Assembly: GCA_963809895.1 (NCBI GenBank)
Contig: CAWELD010000003.1
Location: 1,216,001-1,280,000 of the forward strand
Length of the DNA stretch: 64,000 bases
Source of the DNA: an uncultured Gemmatimonadales bacterium
GTDB lineage: Bacteria; Gemmatimonadota; Gemmatimonadetes; Longimicrobiales; Gaopeijiaceae
Reading direction: 5' to 3'
Part shown: positions 39,106 through 50,371 of the stretch, in pieces
How the letters are laid out: every line of letters starts with the position of its first letter
Position numbering within the stretch: position 1 is the first letter of the stretch
Position numbers and translations under genes: made by a program
The notes under the pieces: model-generated
Databases searched by the model: none
What the model was told of the DNA's origin: nothing
What the model saw: the letters and a program-made list of their open reading frames with translations, nothing else

Positions 39106-40134
39106 TCAGCCGGCTGCGCCCGCGACCTGAACCTCAGCGGCATCGCGGCGGGCGGCCGACGCCTCCAGATATCCTTCCAGAAGCCCCTCCACGTGTCGCA
39201 ACGAGGCCACCTGGAAGAGCTCGGCGCGGAGCGCCTTTCCGTTGGGTAGTCCCTTCGTGTACCAGCCGAGATGCTTGCGGAACTCGCGCATGGCCCGGTT
39301 CTCGTCGCGCTCGAAGGCGATGGCGTTGCGGGCGTGTCGGAGGCAGATGTGGAACCGCTCTTCGACGGTGGGCGCAGACGGCGCCGGAACGCCGTCCAGG
39401 GCGGCCCGGGCCTCCGCGAAGATCCAGGGATTCCCGTGGCTGCCCCGAGCGATCATGATCCCGTCGCAGCCCGTCTCGTCCAGCATGCGGCGCGCATCGG
39501 CACCGGTGCGGATGTCGCCGTTACCCACCACGGGCACGTCCAGCGCGTCCGCCACCGCGGCGATCTCGTCCCAGCGGGCCTGACCCGAATACATGTCGGC
39601 CCGGGTGCGGGGATGCAGCGTGACCATGCGGGCGCCGGCGTTCTGACAGCGCAGCGCGATGGTCACGGGGTCCCGGGTCTTCTCGTCGAAACCGCTCCGG
39701 ATCTTGGCGGTCACGGGCAGGGGCGTCGCCTCGTCGACGGCCCGGATGATCGCGTCCACCAGATCCAGATCCCTCAGGCAGCCGCTGCCTCCGTTGCGCT
39801 TCACGATCTTCTTGACCGGACAGCCGAAGTTGATGTCCACGAAGTCCGGGCCGAAGGCCTCCGTGACGAAGGCTGCGGCCTCGCCCATGGCCCCGGGATC
39901 GGATCCGAAGATCTGCACGCCGATGGGCCGCTCGACTTCGTCGAAGTGGAGGTATTCGAGGGTGCGCTCGTTGCCCCGCACGATGCCCTCGGCGCTGACG
40001 AACTCGCTCACCACGACATCGGCACCGAAGTCCCGACAGAGCCGACGGAACGGCGATTCGCTCACACCCGCCTGGGGCGCGAGGAAGAGGGGCGTGCGCC
40101 CCTCGAAGAGCCTGTCGATCAGATCGTGAGCCAT
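39106..40134 (-). CDS. dusB: tRNA-dihydrouridine synthase
   Basis: LAPQAGVS, QIFGSDP, DINFGCPVKK, TLHPRTR, GNGDI, IARGSHGNPW. Confidence 0.93.
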   Translation of the reverse strand: MAHDLIDRLFEGRTPLFLAPQAGVSESPFRRLCRDFGADVVVSEFVSAEGIVRGNERTLEYLHFDEVERPIGVQIFGSDPGAMGEAAAFVTEAFGPDFVDINFGCPVKKIVKRNGGSGCLRDLDLVDAIIRAVDEATPLPVTAKIRSGFDEKTRDPVTIALRCQNAGARMVTLHPRTRADMYSGQARWDEIAAVADALDVPVVGNGDIRTGADARRMLDETGCDGIMIARGSHGNPWIFAEARAALDGVPAPSAPTVEERFHICLRHARNAIAFERDENRAMREFRKHLGWYTKGLPNGKALRAELFQVASLRHVEGLLEGYLEASAARRDAAEVQVAGAAG

Positions 40135-40192
40135 GGCTTCAAGCTACGATCCTCCAGGTGATGCGTGAAGGTCCAGGGCGTCGGGCGTCACC

Positions 40193-40221
40193 TTGGGTAA
40201 TCCCCCGGATTCCAGTATGAT
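40193..40221 (+). promoter_or_regulatory. Candidate sigma70 promoter for the PTS IIA gene
   Basis: TTGGGT-N17-TATGAT. Confidence 0.4.
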
Positions 40222-40276
40222 AGAAGTTCTGTCATGACACTGAATCGTATCGCATGGACCTCCCGGAGGCCGGCGT

Positions 40277-40729
40277 ATGAAGCTGCGGGAATTCTTCACT
40301 GCCGAGGCGGTGAACCTCGACCTCGAATCCGATACCAAGGATGACCTCCTCAAGGAGATGATCTCTCTTCTGGACCTGGACCCCAAGTCCGAGGCCATCC
40401 TCTTCAAGACCCTCAAGCGGCGCGAGAACCTGGGCAGCACGGGCATCGGCAAGGGCATCGCCATCCCCCATTGCCGCTCGCTGGTGGTGAACCGGCTCCG
40501 TCTCGCCTACGGACGCAAGCCCGACGGTGTGGACTTCAACGCCATCGACGCCCAGCCCGTCCACAATTTCTTCCTCATCGTGGCCCCTCCGCTGGAGGTC
40601 TCCAACCAGTACCTGCCGGTGCTGGGGAAGATCGCCCAGTTCGCCAAGGATCCCGACGTTCCCGGACGCCTCCGGGACCTCTCCAGCGCCGACCAGTTTC
40701 TCGCGCTGCTGGAAGACAAGGCGTCGTGA
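40277..40729 (+). CDS. PTS IIA (Ntr/Fru-type) protein
   Basis: RRENLGSTGIGKGIAIPHCR. Confidence 0.9.
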   Translation: MKLREFFTAEAVNLDLESDTKDDLLKEMISLLDLDPKSEAILFKTLKRRENLGSTGIGKGIAIPHCRSLVVNRLRLAYGRKPDGVDFNAIDAQPVHNFFLIVAPPLEVSNQYLPVLGKIAQFAKDPDVPGRLRDLSSADQFLALLEDKAS

Positions 40730-41076
40730 ACCCAACCCTCACGACCCTCCTGGAAATCCAGGATCTGCGCTCCAAGCTCAGGGAGCTGGAGCAGAATCCA
40801 GACCTGGAGGTCGAGGAGTTCCACATCGATCCAGGCGCGGCGCGCGAGCATCTGGCGACCAAGATCGAGGAGTTGGAGCAGGGACTACCGGACGCCGTCC
40901 GCCGCCGGTACCAACGGGTGGCATCGAACCTTGAGCGCGTGGTGGTGCCGGTGATCAACGGCGTGTGCTACGGCTGCTTCGTCTCCATCGCTGCGGCCAC
41001 CGCCGGCGACCAGGACCCCAACACCGAGCTTCGGAGCTGCGAGACCTGCGGCCGGTTCCTCTACATCCTGAGTTGA
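40726..41076 (+). CDS. Short C4-type zinc-ribbon protein (DUF164-like)
   Basis: GTGA overlap; LLEIQDL coiled coil, CYGC...CETCGRFLY. Confidence 0.8.
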   Translation: MNPTLTTLLEIQDLRSKLRELEQNPDLEVEEFHIDPGAAREHLATKIEELEQGLPDAVRRRYQRVASNLERVVVPVINGVCYGCFVSIAAATAGDQDPNTELRSCETCGRFLYILS

Positions 41077-41096
41077 AGCGACCCGAGAGACGGAAC

Positions 41097-41142
41097 AACG
41101 CCGAGGGGCACCGGATGTCACGTCCGGCGCCCCTCGGTCGTT
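41097..41142. terminator. Hairpin between convergent genes
   Basis: AACG-CCGAGGGGCACCGGA...TCCGGCGCCCCTCGG-TCGTT inverted repeat. Confidence 0.6.
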
Positions 41143-41164
41143 TCACGGCAGGACCATAGCGACG

Positions 41165-41611
41165 CTACTTGGTCACGATGATCCGGATGTGCTTGCTCTT
41201 GCCGTTGACGGTGAGCTGCAGGAAGTAGACGCCGGAAGCCACGGAGCGGCCGTTGGTGTCCTTGCCGTCCCAGAAGGCTTCGTATCGCCCCGGTGACGTG
41301 TATTCGAGCCTGCTCAACTCCACTTCGCCGGCGGGATGGTTCAACGCCACCGGCCTGGCGATGGGCTGCTGCAGCAGGTTGTAGATGCGCATGGACACAT
41401 AGACAGGACCCCCGTCGACGAACAGGTCCTCGTTCAATACGAACGGGATCCGCGTCTCAGGGTTGAACGGATTCGGATAGTTCTGTTCGAGTTGGAATCC
41501 GCTCTCCTGACCAGACCGGCCCGCCCCAACTTCCTGAGCGGACAGGTTGGGGACAATGCTCAGGCCGAGCATGGCAAGGAGGACGAACGAGACGCGAGCC
41601 AGGCGTCTCAT
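41165..41611 (-). CDS. Small exported FlgD-Ig/T9SS-CTD-like domain protein
   Basis: Signal peptide, LEQNYPNPFNPETRIPF, WDGKDTNGRSVASGVYF. Confidence 0.8.
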   Translation of the reverse strand: MRRLARVSFVLLAMLGLSIVPNLSAQEVGAGRSGQESGFQLEQNYPNPFNPETRIPFVLNEDLFVDGGPVYVSMRIYNLLQQPIARPVALNHPAGEVELSRLEYTSPGRYEAFWDGKDTNGRSVASGVYFLQLTVNGKSKHIRIIVTK

Positions 41612-41822
41612 CGGGACCTCCACACAGATTTGGGCTGTGCCGTAGCCGTGATTCGAATTGCGCTCCAGGGCGTTCGTGAACGTGCGGGGCCTGTCGACGG
41701 CCCTGTTGTCATGATAGGAAGCCGGGCATCCCGGGGTCAAGAATGACGAGCACGTCCAGGTTCTACTACACGTTGAGACGCGTCGGGCTCCATGGGGGTT
41801 GCCCCGGCGTAGCGCCCCACGC

Positions 41823-43724
41823 TCAAGTCCGGGGCACGGCCCGACCCTCACCCCCCCGTTGGGTCACTCCGGTCCGGTCGAAATACGCCAGAATCGGGAG
41901 CAAGTAGCGACGGCTCACGGGGATCACGGACTTGAAGTCCGCGGGCCCCAGCCCCTCCCGACCGCCGAGCTCGGACTTCACCGCCTCCGTGGCCGCAGAA
42001 AGCGCAGCGGCCGAAATCCAGAGCCGCCCGTCGAGCGGGACCAGGACGCCCGCGTCCTCGAGGTCGCGCAGCAGAGACCAGAAGGCCGGGTCACCCCGCA
42101 TGGCGGCGGGGAGATCGTCGACGGACGGGGCCTCCAACCCGGCGTCGCGGTACGCGCGGGCGATCTCGTCCCGTAGCGCGCTCTGGTCGGGTGTGAGGCG
42201 GGGCTCGAATCCGCTGCGAGCGACGACCCCGCGGTCCATCTGCAATCGCCCTTCCCCGACCAGCTGCTCCAGGACGGCATCGGCCAGGCCCGCAGCCGCG
42301 TCACCCGGGAGCACGTCGCGAAGCTCTTCCACAGGCATGCCCTGGCGGAAGGGCTCGGACTCGTGGAGCGCCTCCACCTGGTCCAGCAGGATCCGGCGCA
42401 CCTCGTGCGCAGTGGCCGGCCCCACGATCCGTTCCTGCGGCGTCTGGATCGCGCCCTCGGCGAGGAGCGTCACGAGGATTCCGTCCACCACCCCGGGAGC
42501 AAAGCCCGACGCCACCGGCATCAATGAGCGTGACACTCCGGCCCAGCCGGCTCGCTCCAGCACGGCGGTCACCACCTCGGCCGCGCCGTCCTGGACGGTC
42601 GCCCTGAGACCCTCGACGAGCTCGGCCTCTGCCCGGTGCCGCTTGGGTGGGTGCGTCTCGGCCACCACAGCCCCGCCGATGGTGGTCACGGGCGAATAGG
42701 ACCGGAGCACCAGCGCCTGCCGCGCCCGCGCCGCGGCCGGGCTCTCCAGGCGGAGCTGGCCCCATCCCGTCTCCCCGGCCCTGAGCGGCTGGTCCCCGAA
42801 CACCACGGCACGCGCCATGACCTCGGCGGTCCCCAGGTGGACGCGGACGCGCTGATTGTGGGCGAGCTCCCAGGGCGTGTCCTCCAGGAGCCTGAAGCGG
42901 ACCGTGAGCATCCGGCTCTCCGGCCACGTCTCGTGCGTGGTCAGGGTCTGACCGCGGGTCACGTGCTCCCGGTCCATGACCTCACCCGCCAGGGCCACCG
43001 CGACCCGGGAGCCGGCTTCCGCGGCGTCCACGTCCTCGCCGTGGACCTGAAGGCCCCGCACGCGACCCGGCAACTCTCCCGGAACCAGGCGAACCCGTTC
43101 GCCGACGGCGAGGCGGCCGGACCAGAGCGTCCCGGTCACCACGGTGCCGGTGCCTCGGACCGTGAAGACCCGGTCCACCGGCAACACGGCCATATCATCG
43201 GCCTCGGGCGCCCCAGCGCCCAGCGCCGTCTCCAGAAGCAGCGTTCTGAGCTCGTCCACGCCACGGCCCGTGCGGGCCGAGGTCGGCACCACCGGCGCCT
43301 CCGCGTAGGGGGTGTCCTCCAGCGTCTCCCGGACCTCCTCTCGCACGAGCTCGAGCCACTCCGGCTCCACCAGATCCGTCTTGGTGAGGGCCACCACCAG
43401 CCGGTCCACCCCGAGCAGGCGCACGATGGCCAGGTGTTCGCGCGTCTGCGGCATCACGCCCTCGTCGGCCGCCACCACCAGGAGCACGACGTCCATACCC
43501 GTGGCGCCGGCCAGCATGTTGCGGACGAAGCCCTCGTGCCCGGGCACGTCGACCACCCCGAGGCGGATCTCGTCGCCCGCCAGCTCGGCGAACCCCAGAT
43601 CGATGGTGATGCCGCGCTCCTTCTCCTCCTTGAGCCGATCGGTGTCCACGCCCGTCAGCGCGCGGACCAGCGCCGTCTTGCCGTGGTCGATGTGGCCGGC
43701 GGTGCCCAGGATCAGGCTACGCAT
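41823..43724 (-). CDS. selB: Selenocysteine-specific elongation factor
   Basis: GTAGHIDHGKT, DRLKEEKERGITIDLGF, DVPGHE, winged-helix C-terminus SRRYLLPILAYFD. Confidence 0.95.
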   Translation of the reverse strand: MRSLILGTAGHIDHGKTALVRALTGVDTDRLKEEKERGITIDLGFAELAGDEIRLGVVDVPGHEGFVRNMLAGATGMDVVLLVVAADEGVMPQTREHLAIVRLLGVDRLVVALTKTDLVEPEWLELVREEVRETLEDTPYAEAPVVPTSARTGRGVDELRTLLLETALGAGAPEADDMAVLPVDRVFTVRGTGTVVTGTLWSGRLAVGERVRLVPGELPGRVRGLQVHGEDVDAAEAGSRVAVALAGEVMDREHVTRGQTLTTHETWPESRMLTVRFRLLEDTPWELAHNQRVRVHLGTAEVMARAVVFGDQPLRAGETGWGQLRLESPAAARARQALVLRSYSPVTTIGGAVVAETHPPKRHRAEAELVEGLRATVQDGAAEVVTAVLERAGWAGVSRSLMPVASGFAPGVVDGILVTLLAEGAIQTPQERIVGPATAHEVRRILLDQVEALHESEPFRQGMPVEELRDVLPGDAAAGLADAVLEQLVGEGRLQMDRGVVARSGFEPRLTPDQSALRDEIARAYRDAGLEAPSVDDLPAAMRGDPAFWSLLRDLEDAGVLVPLDGRLWISAAALSAATEAVKSELGGREGLGPADFKSVIPVSRRYLLPILAYFDRTGVTQRGGEGRAVPRT

Positions 43725-44472
43725 CGTCCATGGGGAGGAGGGCTGCGAGGATCCGGAACGTTTCCAGCGGCCGGCTCCCGGCCAGATGGTAGGTGACGAA
43801 GTCGCTCAGAAGCTGCAGGTGCGCGCGGGGCCGGGTCAGGGGGTCCGGCACGCTTCCCGCCAGCAGACCGGCGAGTTGCGCGCGGGCACCGGGGCCCACA
43901 CGGGTGGCGGTGGAGCCTCCGGCGCATGACGCGCAGCGCAGTCCGCCCTGCCCGAAGTCCACGCGGGCCATCTCCTCGTCGTCCAGTGCCCTTCCGCAAT
44001 CGAGACAGGTCTCGAACGCCGGATGGAAACCCAGGACGCTGACCAACCCCCAGCCCTCTTTCAGGAGCACTCCGACCAGCGCAGCACGCTCGGCCTGCTC
44101 CAGGGCATCGAGCGCGTCCGAGGTCACCTGGAACAGGTGTCCGGTGTCGGCCTCCCCTGCATGCCGAAGCACGATCTCCGCCAACACCGACGCCGCCGCC
44201 AGACGCACCGGATCGACCCCCAATCCACGCCGAGCACGATCTACGTCAAATTCTTTGAAAGTCTGAAGATCACGGGTTTCCTTCATGTAGAACGTCAGAG
44301 ATCCGCCGGCGAAGGTCGCCAGGCCGGAGGATCCACGCGCGCCCGAGCGGCGCGCCCCGCGAGCCATGACGCCCACGATGCCGCGGCGGTCCGTCAGGAA
44401 TCGAAGGACCAGGCTGGTCTCGCTGTAGGGATGGGCCCGGAGCAGGAGCGCCCGGACCGTGAGCAGGCTCAC
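43717..44472 (-). CDS. recO: DNA repair protein RecO
   Basis: YSETSLVLRFLT..G...MARGARR, CLDCG...GGLRCASC. Confidence 0.9.
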   Translation of the reverse strand: MSLLTVRALLLRAHPYSETSLVLRFLTDRRGIVGVMARGARRSGARGSSGLATFAGGSLTFYMKETRDLQTFKEFDVDRARRGLGVDPVRLAAASVLAEIVLRHAGEADTGHLFQVTSDALDALEQAERAALVGVLLKEGWGLVSVLGFHPAFETCLDCGRALDDEEMARVDFGQGGLRCASCAGGSTATRVGPGARAQLAGLLAGSVPDPLTRPRAHLQLLSDFVTYHLAGSRPLETFRILAALLPMDDA

Positions 44473-45647
44473 CCGAGCTCCCGGAGTCGCGCCATCAGAT
44501 CCGCCCGTCTCGCCTCCAGACGCCGCGCCTCTCGGGGCGACAGGCCCTGGCTCGCCAGGGACTGATCCACCTTGGCCACCTCGAGGATGAGACGCTGGCG
44601 TGTATCCGCGACCGGCGCCGCGGCCTGTCCCGCGCCCGGCGGGGCCGCCCTCGACGGCCCGGCGACGGACCCCGTGGGCGCACTGGCTCGATTGCGCTGT
44701 AGCGCGTAGAGCGCGGCGCCGGCCAACAACAGGGCCAGCAGAACGGCCAGCCACTCCATGGGGATCTGAGTCGGTCCCTTTCCCAGCGTGATCACGATGG
44801 CGGTGTCCGCCGGCAGACTGCCCCCGTAGCGGCGATACGTCACCCCGGGCTCCATCTCCACGGACTCCACGCCGGTCAGCCCGGCGATGTCCAGCGATGG
44901 CGCCGGCTCACGTACCAGGAGCTCGATCTCGCCGGTGGCCGCCGCCACGGGAATCCGCAGGCTGTCCAGGCTGGCCACCGTGTAGCGCACCACGAACTGT
45001 CGCGTGCCCGGAGAGATCGGCGAGCCCACCGACAGGACGCTGCCTACGACCCGGGGTCCGCTGGGGTCACCGCCACCCAACTCCACACTGTGGGCGCTCG
45101 GCGGCAGGGGATGGCTCCAGGTGGCGCCGCTGTCCCGAGCCACCAGCGTACGATTCTCCTGGTTCTCGATCTCGAACAGGTCCGTGACCTGCCAGCTTCC
45201 GTCGGCACCGGGATCGAAGATCAGGTAGCGCACGCCCACGGGCAGGTTCGCCCCCGACGGGGCCACGGACATGGTGTCGTAGGCCTGGATCGTGTAGACC
45301 GAGTCCAGCTGGACCGCCCGGGTGAGCGCCGGGCCGAAATAGAGCACTCCCGCGTGCCGCACCGAGGCGAAATAGATGTCCCCCGCCCCGCTGGGATCCG
45401 GCACGCTGGGGAGCCGGAATCGAAACGTTCCGTCGGGCCCGCTCTTCAGGGAGTCCAACTCGCCCGCGCTGTCCGCCGAAACGCGGTGGAGGACCACCAT
45501 GGTGCCCGCAACCGCCGAATCCCCCAGCAGCACCCGGCCGTTGAGCTCCGGGCGAGCTTCGACCTGGGCTCTCGCCATGGAGGCCCCGGCCAGTGCCGCC
45601 ACCAGCGCCGGCAGCGCAACCCCGCGAAGGCGTCGTGGAAGTGTCAC
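44469..45647 (-). CDS. Hypothetical exported protein with C-terminal membrane anchor
   Basis: Signal peptide, beta-rich region, single TM; translationally coupled to both neighbours. Confidence 0.7.
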   Translation of the reverse strand: MTLPRRLRGVALPALVAALAGASMARAQVEARPELNGRVLLGDSAVAGTMVVLHRVSADSAGELDSLKSGPDGTFRFRLPSVPDPSGAGDIYFASVRHAGVLYFGPALTRAVQLDSVYTIQAYDTMSVAPSGANLPVGVRYLIFDPGADGSWQVTDLFEIENQENRTLVARDSGATWSHPLPPSAHSVELGGGDPSGPRVVGSVLSVGSPISPGTRQFVVRYTVASLDSLRIPVAAATGEIELLVREPAPSLDIAGLTGVESVEMEPGVTYRRYGGSLPADTAIVITLGKGPTQIPMEWLAVLLALLLAGAALYALQRNRASAPTGSVAGPSRAAPPGAGQAAAPVADTRQRLILEVAKVDQSLASQGLSPREARRLEARRADLMARLRELG

Positions 45648-46183
45648 GGCGTGAAGCGCCCGAAGTCCTCGGGATTGAGCTTGCGCAGGTAGGCTTCGAG
45701 CTCCTCGGGTGTCATGCCCCGGGACACCGAAGGGTCCGGCGCCGAGCCAGAGGGCGCCGGGCCCGGGGCCTCTTCAGCCTCGGCGATCTCCAGCGCCACC
45801 CGATCGAGAAGCTCCTCCTCCGTGAAGATACCCGCGTCGGTGCGTAGTGCCACGGCGATGGAATCCGAAGGCCGGGCATCGACGGTCAGGACCTCGTCAC
45901 CCCTGTGGATCACCAGCTCGGCGTAGTAGGTGTTCTCTTCGACGCGCGTGATGACGATGCGCTCCAGCTTACCCCCGAGCGTCTTCAGGACCGACACCAG
46001 CAGGTCGTGGGTGAGGGGCCTGGCGAACTCGGCTTCGGCGAGCTCCATGGCGATGGCGCTGGCCTCGGCGGCGCCGATCCAGATCGGCAGGATCCGTTCC
46101 CCCTCCAACTCCCGCAGCACCACGACGGGGGTGTCGTTGGAGCGGTCCATTCCCAGGCTCTGCACCCTGACTTCGACCAGCAC
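45644..46183 (-). CDS. Bifunctional nuclease family protein (DUF151)
   Basis: LPIWIGAAEASAIA, RPLTHDLL, DARPSDSIAVALR. Confidence 0.9.
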   Translation of the reverse strand: MLVEVRVQSLGMDRSNDTPVVVLRELEGERILPIWIGAAEASAIAMELAEAEFARPLTHDLLVSVLKTLGGKLERIVITRVEENTYYAELVIHRGDEVLTVDARPSDSIAVALRTDAGIFTEEELLDRVALEIAEAEEAPGPAPSGSAPDPSVSRGMTPEELEAYLRKLNPEDFGRFTP

Positions 46184-46266
46184 GACGGACACGCCTCCCT
46201 TTGAGGACCAGGCGAACACGGGCTCGCCTGCTCAGTACTCCCCACCGGACGGCGAGTTCGGCCGAT

Positions 46267-47442
<1,176 letters not shown>

Positions 47443-47556
47443 GCAGAAGTTCCGAATTGGGTGCGAGAGATCGGCCGTCAGGCGCTGCCTGCCAGGAAGA
47501 ACGACCGTGAGAAGCTACCGGCGCACGCCGGCAGGGGGAAGGTCGCTCGAAGCTCC

Positions 47557-49341
47557 CTACCGGCGCAGCGACAGGCTCCAACGGCCCTGGTACGCCTCCA
47601 GGTCCACGCTGTCCCCGATGCCCTCGGCCAGGGACACCATCACGTCGCGCGGGGTGGGCGCCGCCAGGGCCTTGCGAGCAGCCTTGTGGGCATCCTCCAC
47701 ACGCATCTCCCGGATCACCTTCTTGAGCTCGGGAAGCGCCGGCCACGCCGCCGACAACGCCATGATGTCCAACCCCAGCAGAAGGAAGGCGCCCAGGGCG
47801 GTGGCCGCCATCTCGCCGCACACGCTCACTTCGATGCCGGCGGCGCGCGCCACCCGGCTCACCGAATGGAGCTGCCGCACCACCGCTGGATGGAACGGAT
47901 TGTACAGGTGCGCCAGTCGCGCATTGGTGCGATCCACGGCCAGGGTGTACTGGACCAGGTCGTTGGTGCCGATGGAGAAGAAGTCGGAGTGGCGAGCGAG
48001 CTCCGCCGCGTCCAACGCGGCGGCGGGTGTCTCGATCATCACACCGAGCTTGTAGCCCGAGTTGTACGGGATCCCGTCGCGCCGGAGCTTCGCCTCTTCT
48101 TCTTCCAGAAGCTCCCGCACCCGCACGATCTCGTCCACGTCGTTCACCAGGGGGACCATGATGCGCACGTCCCCGTGGGCGGACGCCCGCAGGATCGCCC
48201 GCAACTGAACCCGGAACAGCTCGGGCTCCTCCAGCAGCACGCGCACCGCGCGCCATCCCAGGAAGGGATTCTCCTCGGCCGGCATGTGGAGGAACACCGG
48301 AAACTTGTCCCCGCCGAGATCGAAGAGACGGATGTAGACGGCGCAGCCCTGGAAGGTCTCCGCCACCATTCGGTACGCCTGGTACTGCTCCTCCTCGTCC
48401 GGCATGGCCGCCCGACCCATGACCAGGAACTCGGTGCGGAAGAGCCCGACGCCGTCGGCGCCGTGCCGCCGCGCGCTGGGGGCCTCCACCGGCAGGTCCA
48501 GATTGGCCCTGAGCGCCACCGGTTGTCCGTCTTCGGTGATCGCTTCCAGGCGCGCGATGGCCTCGACCTCCTCCTCCCACAGGCGAATCCGGCTGCGTCG
48601 CTCTTCGAACACCCGCTTGTCCCGCTCGTCGGGGTCCAGCACCACCCGGCCGATGCGGCCGTCGACGATGGCCTCCTGACCGTTCTTGGCCCGCCGCGAG
48701 ATGTCCCCCAGCCCGACCACCGCCGGGATCTCGAGGGAGCGGGCGAGGATGGCCCAGTGCGAGGTGCGGGTGCCCTGGTCCGTGGCCACGGCCCTGACCC
48801 TGCCTTCCTCCAGGTGGATGGTCAGCGAGGGTGTCAGGTTGCGGGCAACGATGATGGTCTCCTCGTTGCCGTCTTCCAGGGCCCAGGGATCCGCGAGATC
48901 CAGGAGCCGGTGCAGGAGCCGGACCTGGAGATCCTCGAGGTCGTTGAGGCGATCCAGCACCATGGGATGCGACGTCCGGCTCCACTGGGCCTGGAGCTCC
49001 AGCATGCGCCAATCGAAGGCCCGCGCGGCGATCAAGCGGTTCTCCCGGATGTAGCGCACCGTGCCGTCCACGAGCTCCACGTCCTCCAGCATGAGGACCT
49101 GGGGGTCGAAGATGCGGGCCTCCACGGGCCCGAGCCGCTTCTCGGTGCGCGCCTTCAGATCCAGGAGCCGCTCCCGGGCCCACTGACGGGCCTCGTGGAA
49201 GCGCTGGATCTCCCGCTCCACCTGTGCCGGCTCCACCATCTCGTGGGGCACGTCCGGAACGCCCCAGTCGACCACGCGCACGTGGCCCCAGGCGATTCCT
49301 TCCGAAGCCGGGAAACCGTCCAGCACGGTCGACGCCCCCAT
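47557..49341 (-). CDS. ptsI: PTS enzyme I
   Basis: TSHWAILAR, GVGLFRTEFL, EENPFLGWRA, SIGTNDLVQY, VCGEMA. Confidence 0.95.
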   Translation of the reverse strand: MGASTVLDGFPASEGIAWGHVRVVDWGVPDVPHEMVEPAQVEREIQRFHEARQWARERLLDLKARTEKRLGPVEARIFDPQVLMLEDVELVDGTVRYIRENRLIAARAFDWRMLELQAQWSRTSHPMVLDRLNDLEDLQVRLLHRLLDLADPWALEDGNEETIIVARNLTPSLTIHLEEGRVRAVATDQGTRTSHWAILARSLEIPAVVGLGDISRRAKNGQEAIVDGRIGRVVLDPDERDKRVFEERRSRIRLWEEEVEAIARLEAITEDGQPVALRANLDLPVEAPSARRHGADGVGLFRTEFLVMGRAAMPDEEEQYQAYRMVAETFQGCAVYIRLFDLGGDKFPVFLHMPAEENPFLGWRAVRVLLEEPELFRVQLRAILRASAHGDVRIMVPLVNDVDEIVRVRELLEEEEAKLRRDGIPYNSGYKLGVMIETPAAALDAAELARHSDFFSIGTNDLVQYTLAVDRTNARLAHLYNPFHPAVVRQLHSVSRVARAAGIEVSVCGEMAATALGAFLLLGLDIMALSAAWPALPELKKVIREMRVEDAHKAARKALAAPTPRDVMVSLAEGIGDSVDLEAYQGRWSLSLRR

Positions 49342-49628
49342 CACTCCTCGAAACCTCGCTGCACCAGCCCGCTGAGCGCCTCCACCGCCTCGGGAGCGTC
49401 GGCTCCGTCGGCCCGGATGATCAGCCTGCTGCCGCACTCCGCCGCCAGCATGAGCACGCCCATGATGCTCTTGCCGTTGACCTCCAGTCCTTCCTTCTCC
49501 ACGCGGATCTCCGAGCGGAAGCGCCCGGCGAGCTTCACGAACTCGCTGGCGGGCCGCGCGTGCAACCCGGCGCGGTTCACGATCTCCACGGTGCTCTCGT
49601 GCACCGGTCGTCCGTTGGCTTGGCTCAT
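49341..49628 (-). CDS. ptsH: Phosphocarrier protein HPr
   Basis: GLHARPA, NGKSIMGVLML. Confidence 0.95.
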   Translation of the reverse strand: MSQANGRPVHESTVEIVNRAGLHARPASEFVKLAGRFRSEIRVEKEGLEVNGKSIMGVLMLAAECGSRLIIRADGADAPEAVEALSGLVQRGFEE

Positions 49629-50371
49629 GACACCAGGTCCGGCACGAGGATGAGTCCCACGGAAAATACCACGACCAGGGCCGTCGGCCGCCAGGCCCGG
49701 GTGCCCAGCCCGAGGCCGGCCAGCAGGGCGAGCACCGCCCCGCCGGTCCAGGGCCAGGGCGCCCCAGCCAGCCCCTCCTGCCCCGTGAGCAAGAGGCCGG
49801 CCAGGAGGCCAGCGAGGACCACGAGCACGCGCTCCGCGCGGCGGGCACGCCCGGCCAACCCCGCGGTGCGGAGCCGGGAGGCCATGTGGGCCCCTTCGTT
49901 CAGGCCCGTCCGGAAGGCCCACAACCGCAACGCCAGATGGCCGCCGTTGTACACCAGCAAGAACAGGCCCACGCCGATCCACCACCCCACGCCCAGCTCC
50001 AGGAGGACAAGGGCCAGGAGCGCGGCCAGGGGCAGCCAGGTGGCCCACACGACCTTGTCGCCGAGGGCGCCGAGCGGCCCACCCACCGCGGCCCGGAAGC
50101 GCCGGATCGTGGTCTCGTCCGCACGGTCCTCTTCCAGGCGAACGAGGCTCCCCAGAGCGAGCTCGGCGAGGTAGGGATGGGCGTTGAAGTGCCCGGCGTG
50201 GCGGTCCACCGCGCGCTCGAAATCGGCGTCGTCGCGATGAAGGTACCTCAGGAGCGGCATGAGGGCGAAGGCCATCCCGGTGCCGATCATGGTCCGATAG
50301 TTCCACGATCCCTGGATCAGGAAGCTCCGCGCCAGAACACGGATCGAGAGTCCGGGAGGCACACGCGTCAT
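49625..50371 (-). CDS. PTS mannose-family IID
   Basis: QGSWNYRTM, FNAHPY, GPLGALGD. Confidence 0.88.
   Translation of the reverse strand: MTRVPPGLSIRVLARSFLIQGSWNYRTMIGTGMAFALMPLLRYLHRDDADFERAVDRHAGHFNAHPYLAELALGSLVRLEEDRADETTIRRFRAAVGGPLGALGDKVVWATWLPLAALLALVLLELGVGWWIGVGLFLLVYNGGHLALRLWAFRTGLNEGAHMASRLRTAGLAGRARRAERVLVVLAGLLAGLLLTGQEGLAGAPWPWTGGAVLALLAGLGLGTRAWRPTALVVVFSVGLILVPDLVS

Noticed and set aside
37583..39249. ORFs overlapping the repeat array and tmRNA
   Set aside because: Low-complexity Arg/Pro/Ser translations explained by high GC and by the RNA gene and repeats
47443..47556. SAM riboswitch upstream of metK, or FMN riboswitch upstream of ribD
   Set aside because: No conserved aptamer motifs seen in the metK leader; only 9 nt separate ribD from the upstream gene
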